The notes beneath the pieces were generated by a model that searched no databases, was not told where the DNA came from, and saw only the letters and a list, made by a program, of their open reading frames with translations. Below are positions 9,397 through 19,747 of a stretch of DNA of 64,000 nucleotides, piece after piece. The position numbers and the translations under genes were made by a program. The stretch comes from Candidatus Uhrbacteria bacterium. Its GTDB lineage: Bacteria; Patescibacteriota; Patescibacteriia; UBA9934. Position 1 is the first letter of the stretch; each line of letters opens with the position of its first letter. Where the stretch lies: positions 64,102-128,101 of the forward strand of contig JABHCP010000005.1 in NCBI GenBank assembly GCA_018673485.1, in the 5' to 3' direction.

Positions 9397-9883
9397 GGTG
9401 CGCTCCTTTGCAAATGTGAGGTATAGGCTGAATCCTTATTCAAATCATACCTCACTTTTGCAGACCAGGAAACTTAGCAGGAATGGGAGATTATGTCAAC
9501 CGTCTACGATGTATCTCATCTTTTTCAGCATTAGCCCTATTGGGGGTATTTCATCCCCCAAACCCCCTGACATACTTTCTTTGTTGGCTCAAAGAAAGTA
9601 TGCAAAGCCATGGCGGAGCCAGGTCCGGCTCCGCCGGAAAAAAGCCTTTTCAGAGTGTCCCACGGCCGCAAAGAATGATGCGGCCTGCAGTCAATGTTTT
9701 TTGGGTGACCATGAATGGACTGATTGCCAGTTCGGTCGGCAGGCTCCTTCTCAGACGGGGTGATTTGACAATGAATGAACGGGGGGCTAACTACTGAAAC
9801 ATTGCCGGGGGACTTGGATTGAAGAAATAAAAAGCAAAAGAACCGCCTTGGGGCGGTTCTTTTTAAGGTCTTGGATTCTGCGA

Positions 9884-11278
9884 TTACTCAGCCTTCGCTT
9901 CTTCTGTTTTTTCTACTTCAGCTTCAGCTGGTGCTTCAGTCTTTGCATCGTCGGCAGGAGCCTCTACTTCTGCCTCGGCTGGAGTTTCAGTCGCTTCAGA
10001 TGTTTCGGAAACCTCTTCCTTAACCTCCGCAACCTCTTGAGATCCCTCCTCCTTCGCTAAAGCTACGGCGGACAGGTCGGCTTCGCTCGGGATGACGGCT
10101 TCTGGAATACTATTATCCGCTACCGTCACCTTTTCTTCCTTTACAACCTCTTCTGCCTTTACCGCCTTCTTCTCTTCCAGTGCTCTTAGAGAAAGTCCTA
10201 GTCTGTGTTCTTTTGGTTCGATTGATACAATCTTGAACTTTAGCACCTCACCTGACTTTGCAACCTTTGAAGGGTGGTCAACAGGGGATTCTGAAAGTTC
10301 TGAAATGTGAGCTAGTCCATGAATGTCTTTATCAAGCTCCACAAAAAGTCCAAATGGGTTGCTCTTAAGTACTGTTCCTTCAACAACATCACCAATCTTG
10401 TACTTTGTTTCAACATCAGCCCATGGGTCAGTCTTTAGCTTCTTCATTGAAAGGAAGATCTTGCTTCCATCTATTCCAATAATTTCAGCCTTTGCAGTTT
10501 CACCTGCTTTTAGAAGATCTCGTGGGTGATCAATTCTTTGCCATGCAATTTCCGAGATGTGAACCAATCCTTCGAGTGCGCCACTTGCGTCTGATCCTGA
10601 TGGAATGAACTTTACGAAAGCTCCAAAGTCGGCAAGTGCTGTGATTTCACCCTCAACAACGTCTCCAACGTTGATCTGTGAAATAACATTCTTTTGCTCT
10701 GACTCCCAAATTGTCTTTTCTGAAACAATTAGCTTTTCATCATCTATGTTCATGTCTAGAATCTGTACTCGCATTTTCTTACCAACAAAGCTTTTAAGCT
10801 TGTCGAGAATCTTTCCTTTATCACCACCGCTAACACGTGGGTAGTTTTCAGGAGCGAGTTGTGAAACAGGAAGGAATCCAGTGACGTGTCCAAGCTGAAC
10901 GATAAGTCCACCTTTGTTTGCGTCGAGAACTTTAACCTCAACTGGTTCGTTCTTTTGGAATTGTTCCTGCATGTCTTCCCATGCTTTCTTGTTACCAGCA
11001 AAACGGAATGAAAGTTCCATTTCTCCATTTTCATTTTCAAGGTCAACTACAGTTGCCTCTACTTTGTCTCCACGCTTTATGTTTCCGTAAGTTCCACCCT
11101 CGGTGAAAAGCTCACGACCTCGTACAACACCAGTAGTTAGTCCATTGATATCCAAGCGCACCTCACGTCCTTTAATAGATAAAACGGTGGCCTCAATCAG
11201 CGCACCGAGCTCGGGGACGTTGAGATACTGATCATTTTCCAATAAAGCGGAAAGCTGTGAATTCTGTGTATCTGTCAT
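9884..11278 (-). CDS. rpsA: 30S ribosomal protein S1 (four S1 domains) with an acidic Glu/Ala/Lys-rich C-terminal tail
   Basis: Repeated S1 OB-fold motifs (G.V.G.V..I..FGAFV, GLVHISE / GLAHISEL). Confidence 0.9.
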   Translation of the reverse strand: MTDTQNSQLSALLENDQYLNVPELGALIEATVLSIKGREVRLDINGLTTGVVRGRELFTEGGTYGNIKRGDKVEATVVDLENENGEMELSFRFAGNKKAWEDMQEQFQKNEPVEVKVLDANKGGLIVQLGHVTGFLPVSQLAPENYPRVSGGDKGKILDKLKSFVGKKMRVQILDMNIDDEKLIVSEKTIWESEQKNVISQINVGDVVEGEITALADFGAFVKFIPSGSDASGALEGLVHISEIAWQRIDHPRDLLKAGETAKAEIIGIDGSKIFLSMKKLKTDPWADVETKYKIGDVVEGTVLKSNPFGLFVELDKDIHGLAHISELSESPVDHPSKVAKSGEVLKFKIVSIEPKEHRLGLSLRALEEKKAVKAEEVVKEEKVTVADNSIPEAVIPSEADLSAVALAKEEGSQEVAEVKEEVSETSEATETPAEAEVEAPADDAKTEAPAEAEVEKTEEAKAE

Positions 11279-11387
11279 ATATTGTGCCTGGCGCCGACAA
11301 TATATAGATATTGCGGGCAGCAGGTATTAATAATTAGTTATTTGTTGAACGTCGGAAGTGTAGCGTTTTGGCCAAATATTGTCAATA

Positions 11388-11448
11388 TGCTAAGGTTCAA
11401 CCAATCCTGATGCGCACCTTTGCGCACATGAACATGGAGGTCAGGATG
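11388..11448 (+). promoter_or_regulatory. conserved leader of HAD paralog 1: hairpin ATCCTGA...ggaggTCAGGATg that pairs the start codon region
   Basis: About 90% identical to 12433..12494; the inverted repeat includes the start codon. Confidence 0.55.
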
Positions 11449-12351
11449 TCCTTTAAGATCGTGGGCGTAAAGTCGCTTGCAGAGCTCGAGGAGCTTTTGT
11501 GCACGAAGGGTGAGGACGAGCAGATTCTGGCTGTCAACCTTACCCTTACCAGTATCCAGAAGTTCTTCGCGGCTTTTGTGGCGGCGGTAGTGGCCGCATT
11601 TGACTTCGATGGCACTGTAACGGCGCATAGTCAGTTTACAGCTCTTCGTAACAACACGAAGACCATGACACGGGCCATGGCAGAGGAGGATGAGGCAGAT
11701 GCAATGTCGTACTTCGGTGGCGGCATTCTCTCTGACTACGGCCACATCTCGTTCATCTTCCGTACAGTTCGGCGCATGCTGTCTGCACGGTTGGATCGCA
11801 ATGACTTCAGGGAAGCAGTTACGGAGATCAAGCCGCGTCCTGGGGCTATTGAGCTGATGCAGACGTTTTTGCCACGGATGGCTGGAGCGATCGCTATCAT
11901 TTCTTACGGACTGTGGGACGTGATTCGTATCTGGACAGACTTCTACGCTTACCATGTTGTGCGTAGCGATGCGATCCACGCTCTCAAGCTTGATTGGAAG
12001 CGTGACATGCTTGATGGGTGTCAGCTCACCACTGTTGTCAGCGATGGCAACAAGGGCCATCGATTCGCTGTGCACTGCGCGCTCAATGAAGTGGAACCTA
12101 AGACAGCGATCGTGATCGGCGATTCACCCATTACCGATTTGTCCATGCTCCGTATGGGAATTGGTGTTCTGCTGATCCCCAATACCGAGAAGGTGTTGAG
12201 GAATATCAAGAAGCAGGAGGCGGAGATGCGCGCTGACCACCGTGTTGGCCCCTTCCTTGCACCTGCGTTCATGCATGTGCAGGCGTTTTTCCTCTCGGAC
12301 GATCTGACCCCGCTTGCGAAGATTCGTTTGGGTGAGATCACGTGTGACTGA
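11446..12351 (+). CDS. HAD-superfamily hydrolase-like protein, paralog 1 (high GC)
   Basis: Motif I FDFDGTVT, motif IV-like VIGDSPITD; ggaggtcaggATG Shine-Dalgarno. Confidence 0.6.
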   Translation: MSFKIVGVKSLAELEELLCTKGEDEQILAVNLTLTSIQKFFAAFVAAVVAAFDFDGTVTAHSQFTALRNNTKTMTRAMAEEDEADAMSYFGGGILSDYGHISFIFRTVRRMLSARLDRNDFREAVTEIKPRPGAIELMQTFLPRMAGAIAIISYGLWDVIRIWTDFYAYHVVRSDAIHALKLDWKRDMLDGCQLTTVVSDGNKGHRFAVHCALNEVEPKTAIVIGDSPITDLSMLRMGIGVLLIPNTEKVLRNIKKQEAEMRADHRVGPFLAPAFMHVQAFFLSDDLTPLAKIRLGEITCD

Positions 12352-12432
12352 TCCGATCAGTCAATTTCTACCCCGTGCTAGCCTCTCAGGCCGGCGCGGG
12401 TCTTTCGCTTTTTTTTGGGAAATGAAAAGGCT

Positions 12433-12494
12433 ATGCTAAGGTTCAACCAATCCTGATGCGCATTGTCGCGCACATGAACACGGAGGTCAGGATG
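12433..12494 (+). promoter_or_regulatory. conserved leader of HAD paralog 2 (same hairpin)
   Basis: See 11388..11448. Confidence 0.55.
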
Positions 12495-13412
12495 TCCTTT
12501 GATATCGCTGAGGCACACAATTATCTTGCATTGATCAATCGGATTGGGGACATGAGGGAGGGTGAGGTTTTGCTGGTTGTTAACCGGCAGGTTACGACGC
12601 CTGAGATTGCGCTTGCGGGCATTCGTGATGCTGAACTGTGTGTCTCGGACTATGATGACACAATGACACTTAAGGGTCAGTATCTGATTATGGGCGAACA
12701 TTTGATGCGCGATGGTCGTGGTGATGAGGACCTTGCCGATGCGATGCGGGTCTTTCACGGTCAGCATGTGACTCCTTCGGATGTGATGAGACTCATTGGT
12801 CGTTCTATGGGGCGGTTGATCGAGTCGCGTCTTGGGATGGCTGAGTTTCAGCATGCCGTGCAGCATGCAAAGCCTCGGTCAGGAGTTCATGAGCTTATCC
12901 TAAGCTTTGAGGATCAATCCAAGGTTGACGATCCATTTGTAGTCGTTACCTCTGGAACGCGTGATTGGGTTCAAGCCTGGGAGACACACTATTTGTCATT
13001 ACCATCTACCCTTCGAGTGCATGGCTTGAAGCTCAAGTGGAGTAAGGCTGGCGCCCGTCAGCTGCTTGGCTGTGATATTGAGACCATGGTTTGCGTGCAG
13101 AACAAGGCGGTCAAGGTTGCTATGGAGGCTACGCGTTGCAACCTTTCGATAGGTCAGGTTATGACGGTTGGGGATTCGCCACTGATCGACCAGACCTTGT
13201 TGACAGCCGAGTTGATTCGAGGATCTGACGGGCAGGTGGTTCGCCCTGGTGTGCATGGTGTGCTGCTGATCGAGGATTGTCAGACAGCTCTAAACCATCC
13301 GCATGGAAAGCACCATATGCGTGCGGCATTCGATGCTGGCGTGCCTATGTTCTTGATCTCTCCGTCGCTCGTGCCCCTCGCGCAGATTCGGCGTGGTGAG
13401 ATCACCGCGTAA
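12492..13412 (+). CDS. HAD-superfamily hydrolase-like protein, paralog 2 (diverged from paralog 1)
   Basis: Motif I SDYDDTMT, motif IV TVGDSPLID; same C-terminal ...IRxGEIT; same 3' element cccgtgctagcctctcaggccggcgcggg after the stop. Confidence 0.6.
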   Translation: MSFDIAEAHNYLALINRIGDMREGEVLLVVNRQVTTPEIALAGIRDAELCVSDYDDTMTLKGQYLIMGEHLMRDGRGDEDLADAMRVFHGQHVTPSDVMRLIGRSMGRLIESRLGMAEFQHAVQHAKPRSGVHELILSFEDQSKVDDPFVVVTSGTRDWVQAWETHYLSLPSTLRVHGLKLKWSKAGARQLLGCDIETMVCVQNKAVKVAMEATRCNLSIGQVMTVGDSPLIDQTLLTAELIRGSDGQVVRPGVHGVLLIEDCQTALNHPHGKHHMRAAFDAGVPMFLISPSLVPLAQIRRGEITA

Positions 13413-13623
13413 GATCCAAGCCCTGCTTGGATTAAATATCGTTTCCCGTGCTAGCCTCTCAGGCCGGCGCGGGATTGTTGCTTATAAAACAGTAGGCAGT
13501 AGGCAGTATGCAGCTGCGCCCTTCCGTAGCTTTAGCGAAGGAGGGTAGGCGGTTTTGGTAGCTTGCTTTATCGACTGTCTACCGTCTACTGCATACTGCA
13601 TACTTTTGATATACTATTCACGT

Positions 13624-14301
13624 ATGAATCACCCACACAAATCTTATTTGGACGAGTATAAGATCTCGATTGATAAACTTGTTCCTTTGACCCCTCCTGA
13701 AATCAGAGAAGAAGCTTTGAAATATTACAAAGAGCTTTCGGAGAATAATGACTCAACTGCTAAGCAGATCCATCAGGCTTTGAGCTTGATTGGTCGTAAG
13801 GAATTTCCTTATCGTAAGGCTTATGATGAGTTGTGTGCAGGGGACGAAGAGCAACGCTTGCAGGTATTGGTTTACGATCGGATCGATGAGAGCGTTAAGA
13901 AGAAAGTTCACTCAGTGGTACAACACGGCGTGATGCTTGATGACTTTGTATCAAGTGATATGTTCGAGGCTTTGGAGCCAGAGGAAAGATTGCAGATCGA
14001 TCAGGCGATATTGCTCGCCGAGGATACGCTGGACCACCAGTGTGATGAACGCGCACATAAAAAACAACAGCAGTACGAGACTTTGGTTGAGAATTGGAAA
14101 CAGGAATCATCTCGTTTGCAGGGGTTGATTGATAACTTGCGAGCAATGGGAGATCAGGATCAAAAATGGAAAGGAGAGATCGATAGCGTGTGCGATCGTT
14201 TGGAAGAAGGATGGTCGATTGTAGAGCGCGATCCGTCTGAGGAAGAGGTTAAAAAAGAACTTGAGTATTGGAATACAGTTTTGCACGAGACAGAGGAGTA
14301 A
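13624..14301 (+). CDS. hypothetical acidic, coiled-coil-rich protein
   Basis: Long ORF with low-GC codon usage; flanked by heptad CAG repeats. Confidence 0.5.
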   Translation: MNHPHKSYLDEYKISIDKLVPLTPPEIREEALKYYKELSENNDSTAKQIHQALSLIGRKEFPYRKAYDELCAGDEEQRLQVLVYDRIDESVKKKVHSVVQHGVMLDDFVSSDMFEALEPEERLQIDQAILLAEDTLDHQCDERAHKKQQQYETLVENWKQESSRLQGLIDNLRAMGDQDQKWKGEIDSVCDRLEEGWSIVERDPSEEEVKKELEYWNTVLHETEE

Positions 14302-14331
14302 AGTACGCAGTTCACAGTGCTCAGTATGCAG
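14302..14331 (+). repeat. tandem heptamers agtacgcag-ttcacag-tgctcag-tatgcag between stop codon and terminator
   Basis: Same architecture after gyrA, trxA and fusA. Confidence 0.6.
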
Positions 14332-14362
14332 TTTTAAAACCGGCCTTACAGCCGGTTTTTAT
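14332..14362. terminator. bidirectional rho-independent terminator aaaaccggccttacagccggtttt between convergent genes
   Basis: Perfect stem flanked by A/T runs. Confidence 0.65.
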
Positions 14363-15553
14363 TTATAGCTCTCTTTGTAGAAAATCTTCTATCATATTTG
14401 TGTCGACGGTGAAAGATTCTGATCGTATCCCGTCTTTTTTTCTTACCCTACGACGTACTGTTAAAGGTCTTTTATTTATTTCCGATGTTTCGACGTCTGC
14501 TGCTTCAGGAATGCTGATTATACAATCTCCGTAATTGGTTTTTATGTGAATTTGTTTATTGCCAGAATATTCATGCACCTCCATTGGTATGTCTGGCATG
14601 CTTTGTACTAATAACGCATGCGTTTTTTCAAGTTGAACATTGCGCACGTCCTGCCTGCCTCGCTCTTCTCTTTCTCTTTGTATTCCTGCCGGTATTCCAT
14701 CCTTAAGTCTAAAAAATCCAGAAATATCTTTATGGTTAAATTCTGGAACATCTGGATAGAATTCTGCCATTGTATCAGCCAGTTGAGTTTTTCTATAAAA
14801 CGGATCAGCTTGAAGTTCCTCAACTGATTTACCGAGTATGTGGTGCTCTAGATAAAATAGCCAATATGAATTGCGTAATAAAAGACTTTGTTCATCAGCG
14901 TAGTCGCTATCTAAAGGGACAACGTAGTTAGTATCGAACATTCTAAGTACTGGCTTGCCGTCGATCATTTGGACAGATAGATTTCCAAGATGTGTTAAAT
15001 CTGGAATGGCATGTGAGAATTCTGGATCCTCAGGATCTTTCGCATCAACCATTGTTTTGGTGATTCTGATGAAATCACTAAGTTGTTCAAGAAGCTCTTC
15101 TTTTTTATCAGGCTCTAAATCATCAATTTTGAATTTATCGATTGTTTTAAAGTCTTTCATTCTTTCCTGTACAGAAATAATTGTTCCTGCTGGGTGTAAT
15201 TCCTCTTTTGGTGCAAGTCTAATGATTTTTTCTCTAGGAATTAAGTTGGGAAGTTCATTGTCATAAGACCTGTGAAGATGATCGCGCTCTCTTCTTAGAT
15301 AACTGGCAACTGTTTTTGTGAGTTCTGGGTCGCGGTGAGGGCCATATTCAGGAAAGATGAAATGTGACTTAAGTCGTTTGGCTACTAGATTATCACGCAC
15401 TTTTCCAGTTTTCCTGTCTGTGTAGTCAAAGACATGCCAAAATGCACCGCTCCCGCGATGTCGAAACTTTCTTTCCTGTCTTTCATCTGCGCCTTGCTCA
15501 GCAGGTTTTTCAGATGGTACGTCTGTTGTATTTCTTGAAAATGGATTCCACAT
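14363..15553 (-). CDS. hypothetical protein with a protein-kinase-like catalytic loop (DLTHLGN ... MFD)
   Basis: Resembles the HGDLHPGN / DFG arrangement of the APH/CotH-type kinase fold; weak. Confidence 0.5.
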   Translation of the reverse strand: MWNPFSRNTTDVPSEKPAEQGADERQERKFRHRGSGAFWHVFDYTDRKTGKVRDNLVAKRLKSHFIFPEYGPHRDPELTKTVASYLRRERDHLHRSYDNELPNLIPREKIIRLAPKEELHPAGTIISVQERMKDFKTIDKFKIDDLEPDKKEELLEQLSDFIRITKTMVDAKDPEDPEFSHAIPDLTHLGNLSVQMIDGKPVLRMFDTNYVVPLDSDYADEQSLLLRNSYWLFYLEHHILGKSVEELQADPFYRKTQLADTMAEFYPDVPEFNHKDISGFFRLKDGIPAGIQREREERGRQDVRNVQLEKTHALLVQSMPDIPMEVHEYSGNKQIHIKTNYGDCIISIPEAADVETSEINKRPLTVRRRVRKKDGIRSESFTVDTNMIEDFLQREL

Positions 15554-15641
15554 ATTGACGATATTTTACCATACTTGCCCTGTACTGTAGCCACTATACA
15601 TGCTACAATTAAGGCGCTAAATTTTGGTTTTTATAGATTTT

Positions 15642-16289
15642 ATGAATATAAGTTGGAACGGTTTTGGTAGCTTCACGATTACCGGGAAGCCGCTTGATGG
15701 AGAGGTAACATTAGCAACAGATCCATATCAGGGAACCTTGGGACTGCGTTTTCCACGTACCCTCAAGGCGTCTATCGCAGTACGGTCCCACGATGGCGAT
15801 TATGCAAATAATATAGATGCAATTGGACCCGAGGGCGACAATCGTATGTTTAAGATCACGCATGCCGGAGAATATGAGGTGCGTGGTATTTTTGTTAAAG
15901 GAATTACAGCACCAAAGAAAGATGAACCTAGTCATACTATCTACAAAATTACCCTCGAAGATGTTCGAATAGGATTTTTGGGTGGATTGGATCGGAAGCT
16001 TAAGGATGTCGAGCTTGAGGCCTTAGGTGAGATTGATGTTTTGATTGTTCCCGCAGGTGGAAAGAGCGTGATGGATTCAAGTATTGCCTCTGAGGTCGTT
16101 TCGCAGGTTGAGCCACGTCTTGTTATCCCATCATACATTGATGTTAAGGGAGCGAAGGAAAAATTTGCAGATGTAAAAGACTTTTGTAAAGAGATTGGAT
16201 GCGCTAGTGAGGAGGTTAATAAGGCTAAAATTTCAAAGAGTACTTTGCCACAAGAGGATATGAAGATGATGATACTTTCTCGAAGTTAA
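15642..16289 (+). CDS. metallo-beta-lactamase-fold hydrolase (UPF0173-like)
   Basis: Typical domain topology and size; HDGDYANN motif region. Confidence 0.6.
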   Translation: MNISWNGFGSFTITGKPLDGEVTLATDPYQGTLGLRFPRTLKASIAVRSHDGDYANNIDAIGPEGDNRMFKITHAGEYEVRGIFVKGITAPKKDEPSHTIYKITLEDVRIGFLGGLDRKLKDVELEALGEIDVLIVPAGGKSVMDSSIASEVVSQVEPRLVIPSYIDVKGAKEKFADVKDFCKEIGCASEEVNKAKISKSTLPQEDMKMMILSRS

Positions 16290-16291
16290 TT

Positions 16292-16684
16292 ATGAAGATG
16301 CATACCAAAGATAGAAAGAAAGAGCGTTTACTTGTTTTTTCAATTATCATTGGAATGGTTGTAGTCTTGGTGGTGTGGGGGTTCCAGCTTCACAATATGT
16401 TTACCAATACCGTTGCTAAAGAGGGAAGCGAATTATCGCAGGAGTATCAAGACACTATTGATGAGTTGGAGTTATTCACAGAAGAGTTTGATCAAAGATT
16501 CCCAGAGGTTACTCAAGATCTTGGTGGTATGCTTAATATGATCGAGCAAGAGCAGTTACAGCAAAAGCAGGCATTGCAAGAGGCGCAAGATGAAGTAATT
16601 GAAAGTGTGGCTTTGGAAGCAGCGCTTAAATTGCAGGAGCAGGCAGCGCAGGAGGTTCAAGATGCTATGGAGGACGAGGAGTAG
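16292..16684 (+). CDS. membrane-anchored coiled-coil protein
   Basis: N-terminal TM helix, Gln/Glu-rich C-terminus. Confidence 0.45.
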   Translation: MKMHTKDRKKERLLVFSIIIGMVVVLVVWGFQLHNMFTNTVAKEGSELSQEYQDTIDELELFTEEFDQRFPEVTQDLGGMLNMIEQEQLQQKQALQEAQDEVIESVALEAALKLQEQAAQEVQDAMEDEE

Positions 16685-16727
16685 AATAAAAAAATGAAGA
16701 ACTGGATTAGATAGTTACATAAAAATT

Positions 16728-19370
16728 ATGCCAAAGAAACAAAATAAGAAGTCAAAAGTAGAAAGCGAAAAGCCTCAGGAAGAAGAAATGATGACAAAGC
16801 TGATTCCGCAGGGGATTACAGATGAGATGAAGCGTTGCTACTTGGACTACGCGATGTCAGTTATTGTTTCGCGTGCTTTGCCAGATGTGCGTGACGGATT
16901 GAAGCCAGTACAGCGCAGAATTTTGTATGCGATGTGGACCATTGGTTTGCGATCAAATGCAAAGTTTAGAAAGTCAGCGAATGTAGTTGGAGAAGTGATG
17001 GCGAAGTATCACCCTCATGGAGACTCATCAATTTATGAAACAATGGTTCGAATGGCTCAGGATTTCTCATTTAGACATCCGCTAGTGAGAGGACAGGGAA
17101 ACTTTGGTTCAATGGACGGAGACTCAGCTGCCGCTATGCGTTACACCGAGGCAAAGCTCGAGACGATTGCTGAGGAGATGTTGCTCGACATTGAAAAAGA
17201 TACGGTTGATTTTAGACCTAACTACGATGGTTCAAACAAGGAGCCTAGTGTATTGCCGTCAAAGATGCCAAACCTTTTGATTAACGGAACGCTTGGAATT
17301 GCAGTGGGAATGGCGACCAACATCGCACCACATAACTTGCGTGAGGTTGGAAATGCAGTTTTAGAGTTAATTGATAATCCAAAGGCAACGCTTGATGATT
17401 TACTAAAGCATATTAAGGGTCCAGACTTTCCAACTGGCGCCATTGCGTATAGTTCAAAAGATATTAAAGCGGCTTATGCTACCGGAAAGGGAGGAGTGGT
17501 AGTTCGTGCAAAGGCCGAGGTAGTTGAGGCTAAGAAGGGCGCGCATAATATAATCGTGACAGAGGTGCCATACATGGTTAACAAGGCAACACTTTTAGAG
17601 AAGATTGCCAATGCAGTTCGTGAGAAAAAGATTGATGGTATTAGAGACCTTCGCGATGAATCCAATAAAGACGGAGTTCGTGTTGTTATTGAGCTTAAAA
17701 AAGATGCATATCCACGAAAGGTTCTTAATCGTTTGTACCAACTCACCCAATTGCAAACTGCGTTTCACTTTAACGTAGTGGCACTTGTTGATGGCGGAAC
17801 GCAGCCACGGACACTTGGACTCAAGGTAATGCTGGAAGAATTTTTAGCGCATCGTTTAGTGGTTGTGCGACGTCGTACTGAGTATGACTTGGCCCGCGCG
17901 CAAGAAAGAGCGCATATTTTGGAAGGATTAAGAATCGCTCTTACAAAAATCGATAAAGTAATTGCAACAATCAAGAAGTCAAAAGATAAGGATGTTGCGC
18001 GTACTAATTTGATGAAGTCATTCAAGATGAGCGAGCGCCAGGCGATTGCAATTTTGGAAATGCGACTACAAAGTTTGGCAAACCTTGAGAGATTAAAGAT
18101 TGAGCAAGAGTATAAGGAGAAGATGGTGATAATCAAGGCACTGGAAGCGATTTTGAAGTCAAAGAAGAAAATGATGAGCGTGATTCGAGAGGAGACAATG
18201 GCGGTCATGGAAAAGCATGGAGAAGATCGTCGCACTAAAATTGTCAAAACTGGAATTAAAGAATTCTCAATTGAAGATGTTATTCCAGATGAGCAGACAA
18301 TTGTGATGATGACCAAGGATGGTTACATCAAACGAATTTCACCTGATACTTTCAAACAGCAGACGCGTGGTGGTAAGGGTGTAGTTGGATTATCAACAAA
18401 GGAAGAAGACATGGTGGAGAGTATTTTCACAACCACTACTCACAAGGAGGTTATGTTCTTCACTTCAAGTGGTCGTGTATTTAAGTTGATGGTGCATGAG
18501 TTACCTGAGGCTTCACGAACAGCAAAGGGTCAAGCAATCGTAAACTTTTTGCAATTAGCTCCAGGTGAGTCAGTTACTGCAACGATGACTCCATCGGACT
18601 TGGAAGACGCGAAGTTTATTATCATGGTGACTTCAAAGGGAACTATTAAAAAGACTGAGCTGAGTGACTTTGAAAACGTACGCCGATCAGGATTAATCGC
18701 GATTAAGCTTAAAAATGGAGACGCGCTTGAGTGGGTTCGAATCTCATCTGGGAAAGATGACGTTGTTCTGGCAACTGCAAATGGAATGGCTATTAGATTC
18801 AATGAGAAAAATGTTAGATCTATGGGGCGTGTTGCATCAGGTGTGCGAGGATTGAAGTTAAAGATTGATGATCGCGTAGTTGGCATGGGCACTGTGCAAA
18901 ACGGTGACGAGAAGGATTTGCAACTTATGGTTGTCATGGAGAATGGTTATGGAAAACGAACTGCACTGCGAGAGTACAAGCAACAAGGTCGTGGAGGTAT
19001 GGGAATACGTACCGCAAAGATTACAAGTAAAACTGGAAAGCTGGTATCAGCTCGTGTTGTAAGGAAGAAGGATGGACGTGATTTGCTCGCCATTTCAGAA
19101 GGTGGACAGGTGATTAGAATGTCAGTAAATTCAATTTCTTCACTAAGTCGCGCAACGCAGGGAGTTCGAATAATGCGATTCAAAAAAGTCGACGACAAGG
19201 TTTCAAGTGTTACATTGATAGACGTTGATGAGGCCATGGAGGAAGTTGAGGAGGTGGTCGAGAAGGTTGCAAAGGAAATTCAGAAAGAGCCTGAGGCAAA
19301 AGAGAAGGCTAAAAAGCCAACTGCTAAAAAATCAGCTAAGAAAAAAGCTCCTGCAAAGAAAAAGAAGTAA
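16728..19370 (+). CDS. gyrA: DNA gyrase subunit A with a Lys-rich C-terminal tail
   Basis: [21 protein letters not shown] and [18 protein letters not shown] motifs; beta-pinwheel repeats in the C-terminal domain. Confidence 0.95.
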   Translation: MPKKQNKKSKVESEKPQEEEMMTKLIPQGITDEMKRCYLDYAMSVIVSRALPDVRDGLKPVQRRILYAMWTIGLRSNAKFRKSANVVGEVMAKYHPHGDSSIYETMVRMAQDFSFRHPLVRGQGNFGSMDGDSAAAMRYTEAKLETIAEEMLLDIEKDTVDFRPNYDGSNKEPSVLPSKMPNLLINGTLGIAVGMATNIAPHNLREVGNAVLELIDNPKATLDDLLKHIKGPDFPTGAIAYSSKDIKAAYATGKGGVVVRAKAEVVEAKKGAHNIIVTEVPYMVNKATLLEKIANAVREKKIDGIRDLRDESNKDGVRVVIELKKDAYPRKVLNRLYQLTQLQTAFHFNVVALVDGGTQPRTLGLKVMLEEFLAHRLVVVRRRTEYDLARAQERAHILEGLRIALTKIDKVIATIKKSKDKDVARTNLMKSFKMSERQAIAILEMRLQSLANLERLKIEQEYKEKMVIIKALEAILKSKKKMMSVIREETMAVMEKHGEDRRTKIVKTGIKEFSIEDVIPDEQTIVMMTKDGYIKRISPDTFKQQTRGGKGVVGLSTKEEDMVESIFTTTTHKEVMFFTSSGRVFKLMVHELPEASRTAKGQAIVNFLQLAPGESVTATMTPSDLEDAKFIIMVTSKGTIKKTELSDFENVRRSGLIAIKLKNGDALEWVRISSGKDDVVLATANGMAIRFNEKNVRSMGRVASGVRGLKLKIDDRVVGMGTVQNGDEKDLQLMVVMENGYGKRTALREYKQQGRGGMGIRTAKITSKTGKLVSARVVRKKDGRDLLAISEGGQVIRMSVNSISSLSRATQGVRIMRFKKVDDKVSSVTLIDVDEAMEEVEEVVEKVAKEIQKEPEAKEKAKKPTAKKSAKKKAPAKKKK

Positions 19371-19375
19371 AACAA

Positions 19376-19398
19376 AGTACACAGTTCACAGATCACAT
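19376..19398 (+). repeat. heptamer CAG repeats (agtacacag-ttcacag-atcacat) after the gyrA stop
   Basis: Followed by terminator aaagaaccgctttcaagtggttcttttg. Confidence 0.5.
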
Positions 19399-19443
19399 AT
19401 CAAAGAACCGCTTTCAAGTGGTTCTTTTGATTTTTAGCACAGA

Positions 19444-19473
19444 TATTTTATTTTCGTGATTGGTCCGATCGGA
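19444..19473. promoter_or_regulatory. 30-nt near-perfect palindrome tcgtgattggTCCGATCGGAccaatcatga
   Basis: Palindrome centred on CGATCG; a second copy of the core is at 19548..19563 (atgTCCGATCGGAcat). Confidence 0.5.
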
Positions 19474-19747
19474 CCAATCATGAAAATTTTCATTGTTAAG
19501 TAAAGTCTTGAAATCGACTTAAAGGGCAGTTTTGAAAAATTCATGATATGTCCGATCGGACATAAAGTGGCAGGTAAAAAGTTGTGAAGAAAAAGGCGTT
19601 ATCAAAGAAAAAGAAACAAATTCAATTAAAAGCCGACTCGTAGGATTGTTTTTTTAGTATGTTTGATTTTATCGCTAAGGTTGATCTTCGCTTGACCTGT
19701 TTTTATTTTTAAGCTATTCTCACGGGCGCGATTCGGATGATCCAATC

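Noticed and set aside
9347-9797. ORFs 9347..9763 and 9483..9797
   Set aside because: No Shine-Dalgarno and Cys/Arg/Ser-rich unstructured translations, overlapping a hairpin-dense region. Treated as non-coding.
11338-12075. 245-aa minus-strand ORF antisense to HAD paralog 1, and similar antisense ORFs in high-GC regions (173..571, 4583..4984, 12378..12866, 19856..20272, 50464..50994, 55340..55789)
   Set aside because: High GC suppresses stop codons on all frames. These ORFs lack a Shine-Dalgarno and have low-complexity Arg/Pro-rich translations. The sense-strand ORFs have Shine-Dalgarno sequences and recognisable motifs.
19437-19740. Replication origin next to gyrA
   Set aside because: AT-rich with palindromes, but no DnaA-box (TTATCCACA-like) clusters were seen.
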